A stretch of DNA of 64,000 nucleotides from Mobula hypostoma (lineage: Eukaryota): NCBI RefSeq assembly GCF_963921235.1, contig NC_086109.1, positions 22,384,001-22,448,000 on the forward strand. Direction: 5' to 3'. Of this stretch, positions 13,606 through 25,529 are shown one piece after another. The translations under genes were made by a program, and so were the position numbers. The notes beneath the pieces were generated by a model. That model was not told the DNA's origin. It did no database searches and worked only from the letters and a program-made list of their open reading frames with translations. Positions within the stretch are counted from its first letter, which is position 1. Each line of letters begins with the position of its first letter.

Positions 13606-13636
13606 TTTTCTTCATACTTCGTAGGATTTTCATACT
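13606..13636 (-). CDS. PTPN22: PTPN22 31-nt micro-exon (~19): SMKILRSMKK
   Basis: Acceptor ctctctgtgcatttacctacag, donor AAA|gtgagt, phase 0-1. Matches human SLKILRNMKK. Confidence 0.92.
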
Positions 13637-13844
13637 CTGTAGGTAAATGCACAGAGAGAGAATGAATTACAACTAGGATTTGTGCAATGCTTTGAGTTAT
13701 TACAACTCTTTTACCATTTTGATTTCCGTCCCTGCCAGCAGTGAATTTAGAAACAAACCCGGCGAGCTGAAGGAACAATGATAGCTGGGGGATTCTTTCA
13801 CTGAAACGAGAACCAATAGCTGGCTCCGGCATGAAATACTTTAT

Positions 13845-14075
13845 TTTGAGATACAGCCTGGAACAGGCCATTCTGGCCCAACGAGCTGCATCGCCCAATC
13901 GCAGGACAGTTTACAACAGCCAACTAACCTACAAACCGGTGCATCTTTAGAATGTGGGAGGAAACTGGAGCATCTTGAGAAACCCATGCATTTACTGGGT
14001 GGGACGTACAAACTCCTTACAGACAGCATTGGAATTGAATTCTGAACTCTGACACCCCGAGTTATAATAGTGATG
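13845..14075 (-). mobile_element. V-SINE (HE1-like) copy
   Basis: Reverse complement of the V core (tgtgggaggaaactggagca) and B-box (ggaattgaa). Confidence 0.7.
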
Positions 14076-14624
14076 CAATATCTAGGATAACAAAGTATAA
14101 ATGCTTACTATATGGTTTAACAGAGGGTTGGGTACAACGGAGTGCCGAGCAACCTGGCTGACCTCCAGTTTCACAGGACTGATCTTATCAAGGTTGTTAA
14201 ATTGTGAAATGTGTACAAATAAAAAGAAAAACAGCTTTGCCCTCCAGCTGTGCTGTGGGAAAATGATCCAGAACAAACCTACAGCTATTCAGGAGTGAAA
14301 TCAGTCAGGAAGAAGAATTTCACAAAGACAAGCGATTCTGCAAATGCTGGAAATCCAGAGCAACATGCACACAATGCGGGAGGAACTCAGCAGGTCAGGC
14401 GGAATCTACATTTCACGCAGAATAGAAACCTGGAACACCTTCCAATTAATCAATTGCAAAATTCAAGAATGAGGCTGATAGGTGTTTGCTGTGTAAAGTC
14501 AGCAAGGTAGGTGGAGAAAGGGCAGCTGCAGTACAAGTCGGCCATCTGCAGCAGAATAGTGTCCAAAGGCTGAATCACCTACTGTAATGACAGCTCCCAG
14601 AAATGAAACTTAACCCTTGTGTCT

Positions 14625-14640
14625 TAGCGCCATCTGCTGT
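14625..14640 (-). promoter_or_regulatory. CTCF-like motif
   Basis: Minus strand ACAGCAGATGGCGCTA, close to the CTCF core CCAGCAGATGGCGCT, in non-repeat intronic DNA. Confidence 0.4.
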
Positions 14641-14681
14641 AATTATAAGGTTCTGCAGTTCATACAATAAAAAGTGAAATA

Positions 14682-15223
14682 CACTCAGTGGTCACCTGCT
14701 TGTTAATACAAATATCAAATCAGTCAATCGTGTGGCAGCAACTAAATGCACAAAAGCATGCAGAAGTGGTCAAGAGGTTTAGTTGTTGTTCAGACCAAAC
14801 ATAAGAATTGGGAAGAAATGTGATCTAGGCGACTTAGACCTTGGAATGATGGGGCCAGATGGGGTGGTTTGAGTATCTCAGAAACTGCTGATCTGGGATT
14901 TCCACGCACAATGGTCTCTAGATTTTGTGGAGAATGGTGTGGCAAACAAAAAATAAATCCAGCGACCAGCAGTTATGTGGGCAAAATTCCCTTGTTAATG
15001 AGGGAAATCAGTGGAGAATGGCCAGAGTGGTTCAAGCTGACATGAAGAGGACAGTAACACAAATAATCATGCATTACAACAGTGGTGTGCAGAAGAGCAT
15101 CTCTGAATGCACAACATGTCGAACCTTGAAATGGATGGGCTACAGAAGCAGAAGATTATGGACATGCACTCAGTGGCCACTTTATTAGGTACCTCTTGTA
15201 TTTAATAAAGTGACCACTGAGTA
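14682..15223 (+). mobile_element. Tc1/mariner internal-deletion derivative
   Basis: TA-flanked TIRs cactcagtgg.../...ccactgagt. Interior encodes a decayed transposase HTH region (RMARVVQAD...KSISECTTCRTLKWMGY). Confidence 0.85.
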
Positions 15224-15419
15224 TACTGTTGATCATGTAATGGAAAGTAAAATATTATTGATGCATATAACCTATCTACTGCTAAGGGTCAACAATTAGT
15301 GCAGGTAGATGTTGAACAAGCAAGGAGGAAAGGAAGAGAATTTAGAAAAAGATCTATTTATTTACATTCACTGAGGGTAATGAGAATATTAGAAATAGAT
15401 ACCTGAAAAGAATCTCATG

Positions 15420-16700
15420 TTTAGAAATAGAAATAGTCCGTTTAGCCTTTTGTGCCTGCTCCACCTTCAAATAAGATTCTCTCTGATCTTTTATCTTAGT
15501 GCTACTTTCCTGTATTAACCGCACATTCCTTGATCCTATTAATATCTAAAATCCTATTGATCTGTCTTGTATATATTTAGTCTCCACTATTATCTTGGCT
15601 AGAGAATTCAAAGATTTACTGCCCTCAAGGTAAAGAAACTCCTCCTCAATGGGTCTTCCCCTTTTTTCGGAATATGGTTATTGATACCCCAGGAGAAACA
15701 TTGCTAGGAAATTATTGACTCTGCATCAACTTTGTCTGACTTCACAAGAATTTTGTACAAAACATAAAATCATTTCTCATTTTTCTCCACTCAGAGTATA
15801 GGCTCAGTCTGCTTCAACTCTCAAACACACTACCCCAGAAATAAATCTGGTGAACCCCCTCTGTATTCATCTTCACAAATGTCCTTACATAAAGAGACCA
15901 GGCATATAATATTCCAGCTAGAGCAAGAGTTCTCTCCATGTGCACTCTGATCTTCTTGTATTAGAGGCACATTGGACAATACACCACAGAAACAGGGTCC
16001 TTTGGCCAACAAGATCTGTGGTGCATGCTGTGGCAAATCAAACTAAGCCTCTTCCACCTGCACATGATCCACATCCCTTCATTCTTGCATACTCATGTGT
16101 TAATCTAAAAGCCTCCTAAACACACTTTCATATCTACTTCCACTGTCTGGCAACCCATTCCAGGCATCCACCGCTCTCAGTGACAAAATATTTGCCCTGC
16201 ACATCTCCTTTTAAATTTTCCCCTTCTTACCTTGAGACATATCCTCTACATTTAATATTTCTACCCTGGGGAGCAAAGATTCTGACTGTCTACCCTGTGT
16301 ATGTTCTGCATAATTTTATAAACCTCTATTAGGTCTCCCCTCAGCTTCTCATGCTCCTTAGAAAGCAACCCAAGTTTGTCCAGCTCATACCATCTAATCC
16401 AGGCAATATCCTGGTAAACCTCTTCTGTATCTTTTCCAAAGCTTCCACATCATCCTTCCTGTAATTAGTGACCAGGACTGTATACAACCAATGGGCCACT
16501 TGTCTTCCTGCATGTTAACTTTGTTGGGTGTGTACAAGAACACCCAGATCTCTTTTCATTAGCACCTTTCAATGCTTCACCCCTTTTAAAAAAACCCCAT
16601 CTTCTTATTTTTTTTCCTTGACCTATGTGGATGACTTTCCACTTTTCCACATTATGTTCCACCCATCACACTGCCGCTCAGTCACTTAGTCAGATTTGGA
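15420..16700 (-). mobile_element. Two or more degraded CR1 3' fragments
   Basis: Similar to the CR1 RT C-terminus (VEKWKVIHIG) and 3' UTRs. Confidence 0.65.
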
Positions 16701-17954
16701 ATGCATTGCCTTTTTTGATAATAGAAGCAATCCTAGCAGTATCTTTCACTAAGTGGAGAAGGTTTGTAGGATTGGAAGAGGAGACTGAGACTAATCGAAC
16801 GAGCTTTAGAAAGAACCAGTGCAGGAACATGTCACCTTGCTACACTTCATTATTCTGTGTACCTTCAATAGGGCTGGTAGAATGAGTGGTTAAAAAGGTC
16901 ACTCAATTGATCTGTCAGCAACCACTACCGGTGAAAATGTCAAGACACATTGAGATTCATTTCTGGCATTCTGGTAGCTGGATGCAGTTAATCACTGAAA
17001 TCAATTTCTATCAGTTTGAGGACAACAAACCTAGACATGAGATGAGGGAAATCCCAGCGATGGAAATCTCTTAAGTACCTTAGGTCTAAAGTCACCTCTT
17101 CCTCCCCAGACACGCTACACTCTCTGTGCGTGAAATTCATCTTGCACTGCCGTTAATATCAGAGGGGAGGTTCAGGAGCTTGAAGGCACACACTCAAAAA
17201 CAGTTTCTTCCACTCTACATCGTCAGATTTCTGAATGGTTCATGAACACCACCTCACGATCTTCCTCTCTTTTTCCACTACTTACTTAATTATATATATT
17301 TCTTATTATAATTTAGTGTTTTTTTAATATCTTGCACTGTACTGCTGCTGCAAAACCACAAATTTCAGGACATATGTCAGTGATAATATACGTGATTTTG
17401 GTTCTGATTCACTGTGTCATATATTGCTACTTTCTGCAATAAGTCTATTTCATTTGCTTTTCAAACGAGCTCATACACTGAAGTAAACAGAAGTGACTTA
17501 GGAATGGAGTGCAGTGTGCAGCTTCTTTCATAACCAAATGTTGGCAGTTTTCATCGTTTCAAACCCTGACAACCAGTTTCAATGTGGTTTGATAGGTCCT
17601 GCTTATTTCAAAGCATCCAGTTTATAATTGTGTCCTTCCATTCTGTGACTCCATTCTGTGTTATGCCATTCACTTGTATTTTTTTTTAAAAACTGCCTAA
17701 TCAAAAGGCTACTACCAATTCCTCAGCTGACTTTCCAAGACTGACTTGAAGACTCCATGAATTGATTTATCTCCAAGACACAGATGGAGCAAAAGCCCGG
17801 GGAGAAAAATCATAATGTTTTTCATTCTCTCCGAACATTTTCATGTTTAGTTCTACAAATATCAGAGATAGTGATTAAATCAAGTGACCAATTCGAGGCC
17901 TATAATCCTTTCAAGACTCCTCTGCCATTCAATATAAACATGATTGGATCATCA

Positions 17955-18318
17955 GCAACACAACATGCTGGAGGAACTCAGCAGGTCGGGCAGCATCTGT
18001 GGAAACGATCAGTCAACGTTTCGGGCCGGAACCCTTCGTCAGGACTGAAGAGGGAAGGGGCAGAGGCCCTATAAAGGAGGTGGGGGGAGGGTGGGAAGGA
18101 GAAAGCTGGTAGGTTCCAGGTGAAAAACCAGTAAGGGGAAAGATAAAGGGGTGGGGGCGGGGATAGGCAGGAAAGGTAAAGAAGGAATAGGGGAAAGCAC
18201 AATGTGTAGTAGAAGGAGGTGGAACCATGAGGGAGGTAGTAGGCAGCTGGGGGAGGGGGCAGAGTGAAACTGAGGGAGGGGGAGGGAATTACTGGAAGTT
18301 GGAGAATTCAATGTTCAT
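17955..18318 (-). mobile_element. Penelope-like pseudo-LTR insertion with 12-bp TSD
   Basis: TSD attggatcatca at 17943-17954 and 18319-18330. Homologous to 6270-6700. Confidence 0.85.
18009..18048 (-). ncRNA. Minimal type I hammerhead ribozyme motif, intact core, sense to PTPN22 pre-mRNA
   Basis: UCAGUC-CUGACGA-A-GGGU(UCCG)GCCC-GAAACGUU-GACUGA: 6-bp stem I, 4-bp stem II, palindromic AACGUU stem III and a GUU triplet. Confidence 0.8.
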
Positions 18319-18829
18319 ATTGGATCATCATTTTTCATGCCATACACCCATTCTATCCTCATACCGTTTTCTGAGATGTATTTATTTCTCAGCCCCCTGT
18401 GGTAGCAAATTCCACGGGCTCGCCCACCCACCGCAAGTGAAGAAATGTCTCCTCATCACATTCCTAAAACTGTGACTGTGACACCCTCATTCTGGACATC
18501 ACAGTCAGGTGAAATATCCTCTTTGCATCCAATCTGTTTAACCCTGTGAGAATTTCAGTTAGATCCTCTCATTCTTCTCAACACTATGGAATACAAGAAC
18601 ACTAATGTATCGGGACCGAGTAGCTTGTTAAGTGTTCAACCAATCCACACAAGCAGAGAGCATTCCATCATGGTCCTGCCTCATGCCTTGTAGATGGCAG
18701 AAAGATTGGGACAACAAAACAGAGCCACTCACTGCAAGATAGGAAGCCTCTAACCTACTCTTTTAGGCACACTACTTATCTGTCCAATTGAATTTGTATT
18801 CAGGGACAACCTGGCTCTACAGTAGAGAA

Positions 18830-19290
18830 TGGAGCTATACTTTGTGCTCGCATAGTGTGCAGGAATGGAAGAAACCAGAGAGAGGAGTGGATTCAGCCCA
18901 ATACATCATAGGCAAATCCCTCCACACCACTGAAATACTGCCTCAGGAAAGCAACATCTACCATCAAGATGCCATCTTCTTGTGAATATGATTGGGCAGG
19001 AGGTACCTAAAACTGAGGTCCCAGTGAACACAAGAACAGCTACTTCCCTTCAACCATTCAGTTCTTGAACCAACTTATACAACCCTTATTACTACCTCAG
19101 TGTGACCACTTTGCACTACTCTGGATATGCTTTATTTTTCTAATTTTGTTCCTTCTTGTATAATTTATGTTTAATTTATATTTCTTTCTTTTTGAATGCT
19201 GTGTCAGTAATGTTATGCACCTTTTAAGTTTTTCATAGCACCAGTGCACACGTACTTGTGCATTTGATGATAAACTTGATTTCTACTTTG
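18830..19290 (+). mobile_element. Rex1/Babar 3' fragment
   Basis: VDSAQYIIGKSL-like translation and a Rex-type 3' UTR and tail. Confidence 0.65.
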
Positions 19291-19309
19291 ACAAATGTTA
19301 CTTTCCGCA

Positions 19310-19565
19310 TGAGACCAAGATGAGGCTACCCTCAGGGTGGAGGAGCCTCATCTTGTGTCTAGGTACCCTCGAACTGATGGCATGATTATCAACTTCTCCT
19401 TCTGGAGAACAAAATTCGGGCATCTCCACCCTTTCCTCTGTCCTGAAGAAGGGTCTCAGCTCAAAATGTCGACTGTCTTCTTTTTTTCATAGATGTTGCC
19501 TGACCTGCTGAGTTCCTTCAGCTTTTTGTGTGTGTTGCTTTAGCATCTGGAGATTTTCTCATTTT
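19310..19565 (+). mobile_element. Penelope-like fragment with degenerate hammerhead motif
   Basis: gatgaggctaccctcagggtggaggagc (DEATLRVEE), then ctgaagaagggtctcagctcaaaatgtcgac. Confidence 0.75.
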
Positions 19566-20230
19566 TCTGCCCATGCATGCAAAGGCCTACTGCATGGATT
19601 TATAGTTGTCTCATTCTCTAAGGAGCTGCAAATAAAACTAAGCATAGATAAATCATCCTTAAAAATCCCCTTGTATTGGAAGAGAGATTATTGTTGAGGC
19701 AGTTCCTCCAGTGTTGATATGCAGAGGTTTGAAAGGTTGACCTTCCATATCCACAACCATATTTCTTTGTGTGATATGTGGCTCCAAGCATTGGCATGGT
19801 TCCTCCTTGAAGCCCATTAACCTCAGAGTTAGCAGGGCCCTTCACTGTCATTCTCAGCCAAATGCTGACTTGATAGCAAAATGGACAATGTCACCTCTCC
19901 ACTGGAACTCTTTATGCCAAGGCTGTGCTGAGGTCTGGAAACAATGGACTTGGCAAAACTCAAATTGGGGCTGTAGCAAGGAGATGGTTGGTGAACATGA
20001 TTAGTGGTTAACAACACTAACAGTGACATCTCCATCACTCTGTTGATGAGTCAGATTAAATTCGATGGTAAGTACCATTGAAACTAATGAATTGATAAGA
20101 ATTATTAATGCAGATATGAAACTGGAGTCAGATCAAAGACCAGTTTGGGCAAGGGTAGGATGTTACTTTCTCTAAAGGCAGATTTAGTGGCCATTTTATT
20201 TTGGGTATTTTAAACCTGTATAGTGGGACT

Positions 20231-20745
20231 AAACACACCCAAAATGCTAGGGGAACTCAGCAAGTCAGGCCACATCTCCTGAAGGAAATAAAAAGTCGAT
20301 GCTTTGGGCCGAGACTACTTCTGGGTGGCATAGTAGCACCACGCTTTACAGTACCAGCGACCTGGGTTCAATTCCCACCGCTGCCTGTAGGGAGTTGGTA
20401 TGTTTTACCCATGATCGCTTGGGTTTCCTAGGGTACTCCAGTTGCCTCCCACATTCCAAAAGACGTACTGGTTGGTAGGTTAACTGGTTATTGTAAATTG
20501 TCTCATGATTAGGCTAGGATTAAATTGGGGATTGCTGGGGAGTGCGTCTGGAAGGCCTACTCTGTGCTGCGTGTCAATAAATAAATAAATCAATCAATCA
20601 GTCCTTCATCAGAGATGATGAAGGGTCTCAGCATGAAAGGTTGACAGTTTGTTCCCCTTCTTAGGTACTGTCTGACTTGCCGAGTTCCTCCAGCATTTTG
20701 CGCGTGTTGCTCTGGATTTCCAGCAACTGCAGAATCTTGTGTTTG
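20231..20745. mobile_element. Inverted Penelope-like pseudo-LTR pair split by a V-SINE (~20320-20600)
   Basis: The minus half stops at gggccgagact and resumes as ccttcatcag after the SINE, followed by the plus half gatgaagggtctcagcatgaaagg. Confidence 0.7.
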
Positions 20746-21426
20746 TAGTGTGATTCAAATTCATTTTCTTGATTACAGCTCTACTAGCATTTCTACACTT
20801 CCTGGCTGAACCTTGGTGGTGTGGTCATTGTGGCCAAAGCATCATAGATATACCGTGTATAGATCGTGTTGGTACTGTAGACTCCACACTGATAAAGGAA
20901 TTTCTCAGTCATTGCAACAATTCATTAACACTTCATTCCGCTGATGTTTCAACAAATGATTTTAATTCAAAATTGTGAACTGCCCTGATGACGTTCCAGT
21001 CTGGGTCAACAAAACTGAAGCTGTCTGCCACATTGAGCAGATGAGATAAATGAGTTATGGATGCCATTAAAGGGAAGCCAGGTCAGAACATGAGGGAAAG
21101 AACAGAAAAATGTGGCATTGGGAGCTGCTGATGGGAGTGGGGTCAAAGGACATTGTCTGTGTAGAGTCAACAATGAGCATTGACCAGTTAAGCCGAATTC
21201 AGTGCTATAACCTCTGTTTAACTCTCAGTTATTTCTGCTTTCTCACTGTGCTACTTAAAAACAATTCCCCAGAACACTTCCCTAAATGGGCATCAACTAT
21301 TTCTCCTTTTTAAAGCAAAGCCACAGTAAAAAGTTTAATTTGCCATAAGATATAACCAGTTCAAATACAGGGAACATTGAGGAATGCCTTGTGTTCAGTG
21401 AGGATAATCAAGGAACTCTTGTTTAC

Positions 21427-21521
21427 CTTGCTCCTCATGAAAAGCTTATTCGCATCAGGTGATGATCTGGGACAGGACATCTCAGGAGATGGAGCTGAGT
21501 TGGAGGCACACTGTGACAAAC
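21427..21521 (-). CDS. PTPN22: PTPN22 exon (~18): GLSQCASNSAPSPEMSCPRSSPDANKLFMRSK
   Basis: Acceptor cttatcttaaatctgtgtacag, donor AAG|gtaaac, phase 1-0. Ends FMRSK like human FTRSK. Confidence 0.85.
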
Positions 21522-22029
21522 CTGTACACAGATTTAAGATAAGACACATTTAAGAAATAAGTTGCAGAAGGGCACAGTTAAGAATCCCAAGAGATAGCAA
21601 GGCCTTCACCAGGAGTCAGAGGTAGACGGAGACATGGGTATCATATACAGTAATCAGTGGGAAGACTCATCGCAAGGCTCAGAGGGATTTACCACAGAAA
21701 ATGTTGCAAAAAGTTACAAGGATTACAGATGGAATTCCCAGAAAGCAGAAGGATGTGTGGGAGAGGGAGAGGCACAGGGATACACATTGAGTGATTCACT
21801 AGCAGTGAGTCTGAAGCATACTTATTGGACTTCTAGTTTAATGCCAACATACACGTACAAGTATGGCAGTGGGTTAAAACAGACATTGCAAGAATTAATG
21901 ATACTCACTCAATGAACTTGGAAGTGCTAACGATTCAGCCTTCCTATCTGTAAGAGAGGACAGATCTATGAGTAAATAGGTAAAAAGAAACCAACATAAA
22001 TAAGTAATGCAATGCCTTCGCATTATTAG

Positions 22030-22322
22030 GTGGTAGAGTAGTGCAGCAGTTAGCGTAATGCTTTCTGCATCAGTGATCGGGGTTCAATTCCAGCCACTGC
22101 CTGTTAGTTCTCCCAGTGAACACAAGGGTTTCCTCCAGGTGCATCAGGCTCCTCCCACATTACAAACATGTATGGATCGGTAAAGGTTAGTAAGTCGTAG
22201 GAGGGCTATGTCGCACTGGAGACATGGTGACACTTGCAGGCAGCCACCAGCACAGATTTGGACTGTGTTGGTTGTTGACATATTTTACTGTATTTACATG
22301 TGACAAATAAAGCTAGTCTCTT
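22030..22322 (+). mobile_element. V-SINE (HE1-like) copy
   Basis: ggggttcaattcc B-box, gggtttcctccaggtgc core and aataaagctagtct tail. Confidence 0.75.
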
Positions 22323-23060
22323 TTTCTCAATCTTATTAATTGATCTTCCAGTAGATGCCATCTCACTTTCCCTCCTCAGTCTACACAAATATTAAAACTA
22401 AAGGGTCTGTATTGACCACTGATATTAAAAGATTCATAAACTCCCAAGTTAATTAAAATTCACTCAAGTTGCATGCAGAGTCAAGAGGAGCAATCAACAT
22501 TGTTAATATCAGAAATAGAGGCATGGTTGATAATTTTTTGAATTAATCTGCAGATTTACTATACAGTATATTAGACGTACATACATAGCCAAATAGTTAC
22601 TAGAATTATAGACATAGTTATTAGTTACTACATTTACTAGTGCAGTTAATAGCTGTTCTAGCCACAGGGTAATATAAATTTTGCTGTCAAGGCTAACAGT
22701 TACAAATAAAATTAATCACTTGAGTTACATACATAATAAAGTTAGAAGAATGATAAATAACTTTAATATGGTCACACAAACCCTTTTCATAGAGTGTGCG
22801 AACAAGATGAGGAGGATGAAGTTTTCTTATTATTGTATTGATTTAGAGATACAGCGCTTCAGCAGGGTCTTTTGGCCACAAGCCCAGAGCACCCGATTAC
22901 CCTATAAACGCGTACGTCTTTGGAATGTGGAAGGAAACTAGAGCATCCGGAGGAAACTGATGCAGTCACGGGGAGAACACAGAAACTCCTTGCAGACAGC
23001 AGCGGAATAAATTAATTATCCTTCATTCAATGTAGAAATATTAGGTTCATGTCAACTCAC

Positions 23061-23088
23061 CCTTCCTAAAGCCTCTCAATTTCAAACT
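23061..23088 (-). CDS. PTPN22: PTPN22 28-nt micro-exon (~16): SLKLRGFRK
   Basis: Acceptor gttttattgttacag, donor AGG|gtgagt, phase 0-1, which bridges the neighbouring exons. Resembles human SVKLRSPK. Confidence 0.85.
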
Positions 23089-23299
23089 CTGTAACAATAA
23101 AACAGTAGATCAGTTTTTGCTTACACAGTTTGTAGTTAATTAAGTTCTGACAGAAAAAGCAGAGTTAGTTTCTCACAGATAGAACCAGATAGTGATGAGA
23201 AAAGGATCATTTTCAATTAGCACAGTCTTCATTCAGTCAAGGAGAAGGAAACTCATTGATGTGGACCTCAGACCTGGCACAAAGCAGCAATCCCTGTCC

Positions 23300-23820
23300 A
23301 TCTATATGTTTCTAAGACCTGAACTACTAATAGCTTCTGGAAGGATACTGCTTCCACAAAAATCTTCCAAATTCAGTAGCAGCATCAGTGAACCATCATC
23401 AACATTCTCTCCCAGGCCAAACATTCCAATATTGACATCCAAATTGCGCTGCTTGCTCTTTGGCCATACCTCATCATTTGTGTGCCCAACACCAGATTCC
23501 CACACACAGATTTTCTCCTTGGAGCTCGAAGAGCTTGCCAGGCAGACAGATGAAAAGATTAAAAGGTGTGGTCAAAGCCTCCCTTGGAAAATGCAGCATC
23601 TCCACTGACCTCTGGGAATCTCTGGCTCATGGCCATTTAGCTGAGGAGGATTTGGGGACAGTGACACCAATGCATTGGCCTTGGATAAATGGCAGAAGGA
23701 GTGAACCATTTCGTAAACTACCCACTCGGCCATCCTGTCAGGTAATGCCAGCTCCATCTATGGAAGAATCTTCAGGTTCCACACTGACTTCATCAGCCAC
23801 CTCAGAACCTGGAGAAGAAA
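23300..23820 (+). mobile_element. RTE-clade LINE 3' fragment
   Basis: GRQMKRLKGVVKASLGKCSISTDLWESLAH resembles the RTE ORF C-terminus. Confidence 0.7.
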
Positions 23821-24282
23821 CGAGTCGTACTGTGCTACAAAAGGGAAAAAACTAGAAGCTACTGGAAAAAGGGGCATTACAGTAAATAAGAGGTGCAGGA
23901 GTGCACCTCAAAATCTGGAGAGCAGTAGAAGGGAAGAGTATTCAGGAAAAAATTCTCAGTGGGTACATAGTAGGACAAGAGCTAGAGAGAACAGACAGGC
24001 AGATAGAGGGGCAGGGGGTTGCAGGGATGCAAAGGTCTGAAACAATGAAGGAACTCAAAAAAAATACAGTGACTTTCAATGCAGAGATTAAGAGGTCATG
24101 CAGATTTGGAAAATTCAAGGAAATTGATGAAAGAGAAATGGCTTCAGTCAAAGTTAAAGTAAAATTTATTATCAAAGTATGTATATGTTACCATATACTA
24201 TCTTGAGATTCATTTTCTTGTAGGCATTTACAGGAAAAATAAAGAAATATAACAGAATTTACAAAAAACTATATATAAGCTA

Positions 24283-25090
24283 GGTTGAGTTGGTGGTGAA
24301 GATGTCAAATTCAACGTTAGCATTCATTTCAAGAGGACTAGAATATGAAAGCAAGGATGTAATGCTGAGACTTTATAATGCACTGGCCAGACCACACTTG
24401 GAGTATTGAAAGCAATTCTTGGGCCCTTTATCTAAGATGTGCTGCCACTGGAGAGGGACCAGAAGTTGTTCACAAGAATGATTCTGGGAATGAAAGGGTT
24501 AACCTATGAGGAGCTTCTGATGGCTCTGGGCCTGTACTTGCTGGAGTTGAGAGGAATGGAGGGTGGGGGGGGGGGAATCTCATTTAAACCTATCAAATGT
24601 TGAAAGCAACACACATTAAAGTTGCTGGTGAACGCAGCAGGCCAGGCAGCATCTCTAGGAAGAGGTACAGTCGATGTTTCAGGCCGAGACCCTTCGTCAG
24701 GACCCTGTGTGTTGCTTGAATTTCCAGCATCTGCAGAATTCCTCATGTTTGCAAATGTTGAAAGACCTTGATCAAGTGGATGTGGAGAGGATATTTCTTA
24801 TAGTTGGCGGGGGGGAGGTCTAGGACCAGAGGGCGCATACTCAGAACAGAGGGACGTCCATTTGGAACAGAGATGAGGAGAAATTTCTTTAGCCAGAGGG
24901 TAGTAATTCTGTGACTCATTGCCACAGATGACTGTGGAGGCCAAGTCATTGGGTATATTTAAAGCAGAGTTTGATAGGTTCTTTATTAGGGTATCAAAGG
25001 TAATGAGGAGAAGGCAGGAGAATGGAATTAAGAGGGATAATAAATCAGCCATGATGGGCCAAATGGCATAATTCTACTCCCACGTTTTAT
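24283..25090 (+). mobile_element. CR1 3' fragment inserted in a minus-strand Rex/Babar remnant (24145-24282 and 25091-25470)
   Basis: CR1 ORF2 C-terminal similarity. The Rex 3' UTR is continuous on both sides. Confidence 0.75.
24607..24751 (-). mobile_element. Mini Penelope-like insertion (hammerhead plus tail, with an inverted tail piece)
   Basis: 13-bp TSD caaatgttgaaag at 24594-24606 and 24752-24764. Minus-strand gtc-CTGACGA-agggtctcggcct-GAAACATC-gac. Confidence 0.85.
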
Positions 25091-25529
25091 GTACATATAA
25101 ACACAAACTGAAAAACAAACAATACAGAAGATGACAAACTCTGCAAATAAAAAATACTGAGAATATGAGTTGCAGAGTCCTTGAAAATAAGTCTGTAGAT
25201 TATAGAATCAGTTCAGAATTTATCCACACTGGTTCAGGAGCCTGATGGTTGTAGGCTAATAGCTGGTCCTGAACCTGATCGTATGGGTCTTAAGCTCCTG
25301 TATTTTCTGCCCGATGATTGTAGTGAGAAGTTAGCACTCCTTGTAAATGTGCTCCATGATGCGAGGGCTTTGCCTGTGATGGGGTTATTGGGCTGTATTC
25401 ACCACCTTCTGTAGACTTTTTCATTCCTGGGCATTGGTGTTTCCAAACATGGGCGTGTTGCAACCAGTTAGCATAGTGTTTTGCTGGGAATTAAGTAATT
25501 GGAAAAAAAATTAGGGTGGAATAGGAGAG

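Noticed and set aside
23192..23855. Plus-strand 138-aa and 131-aa ORFs as a separate gene
   Set aside because: They overlap a degraded RTE LINE fragment.
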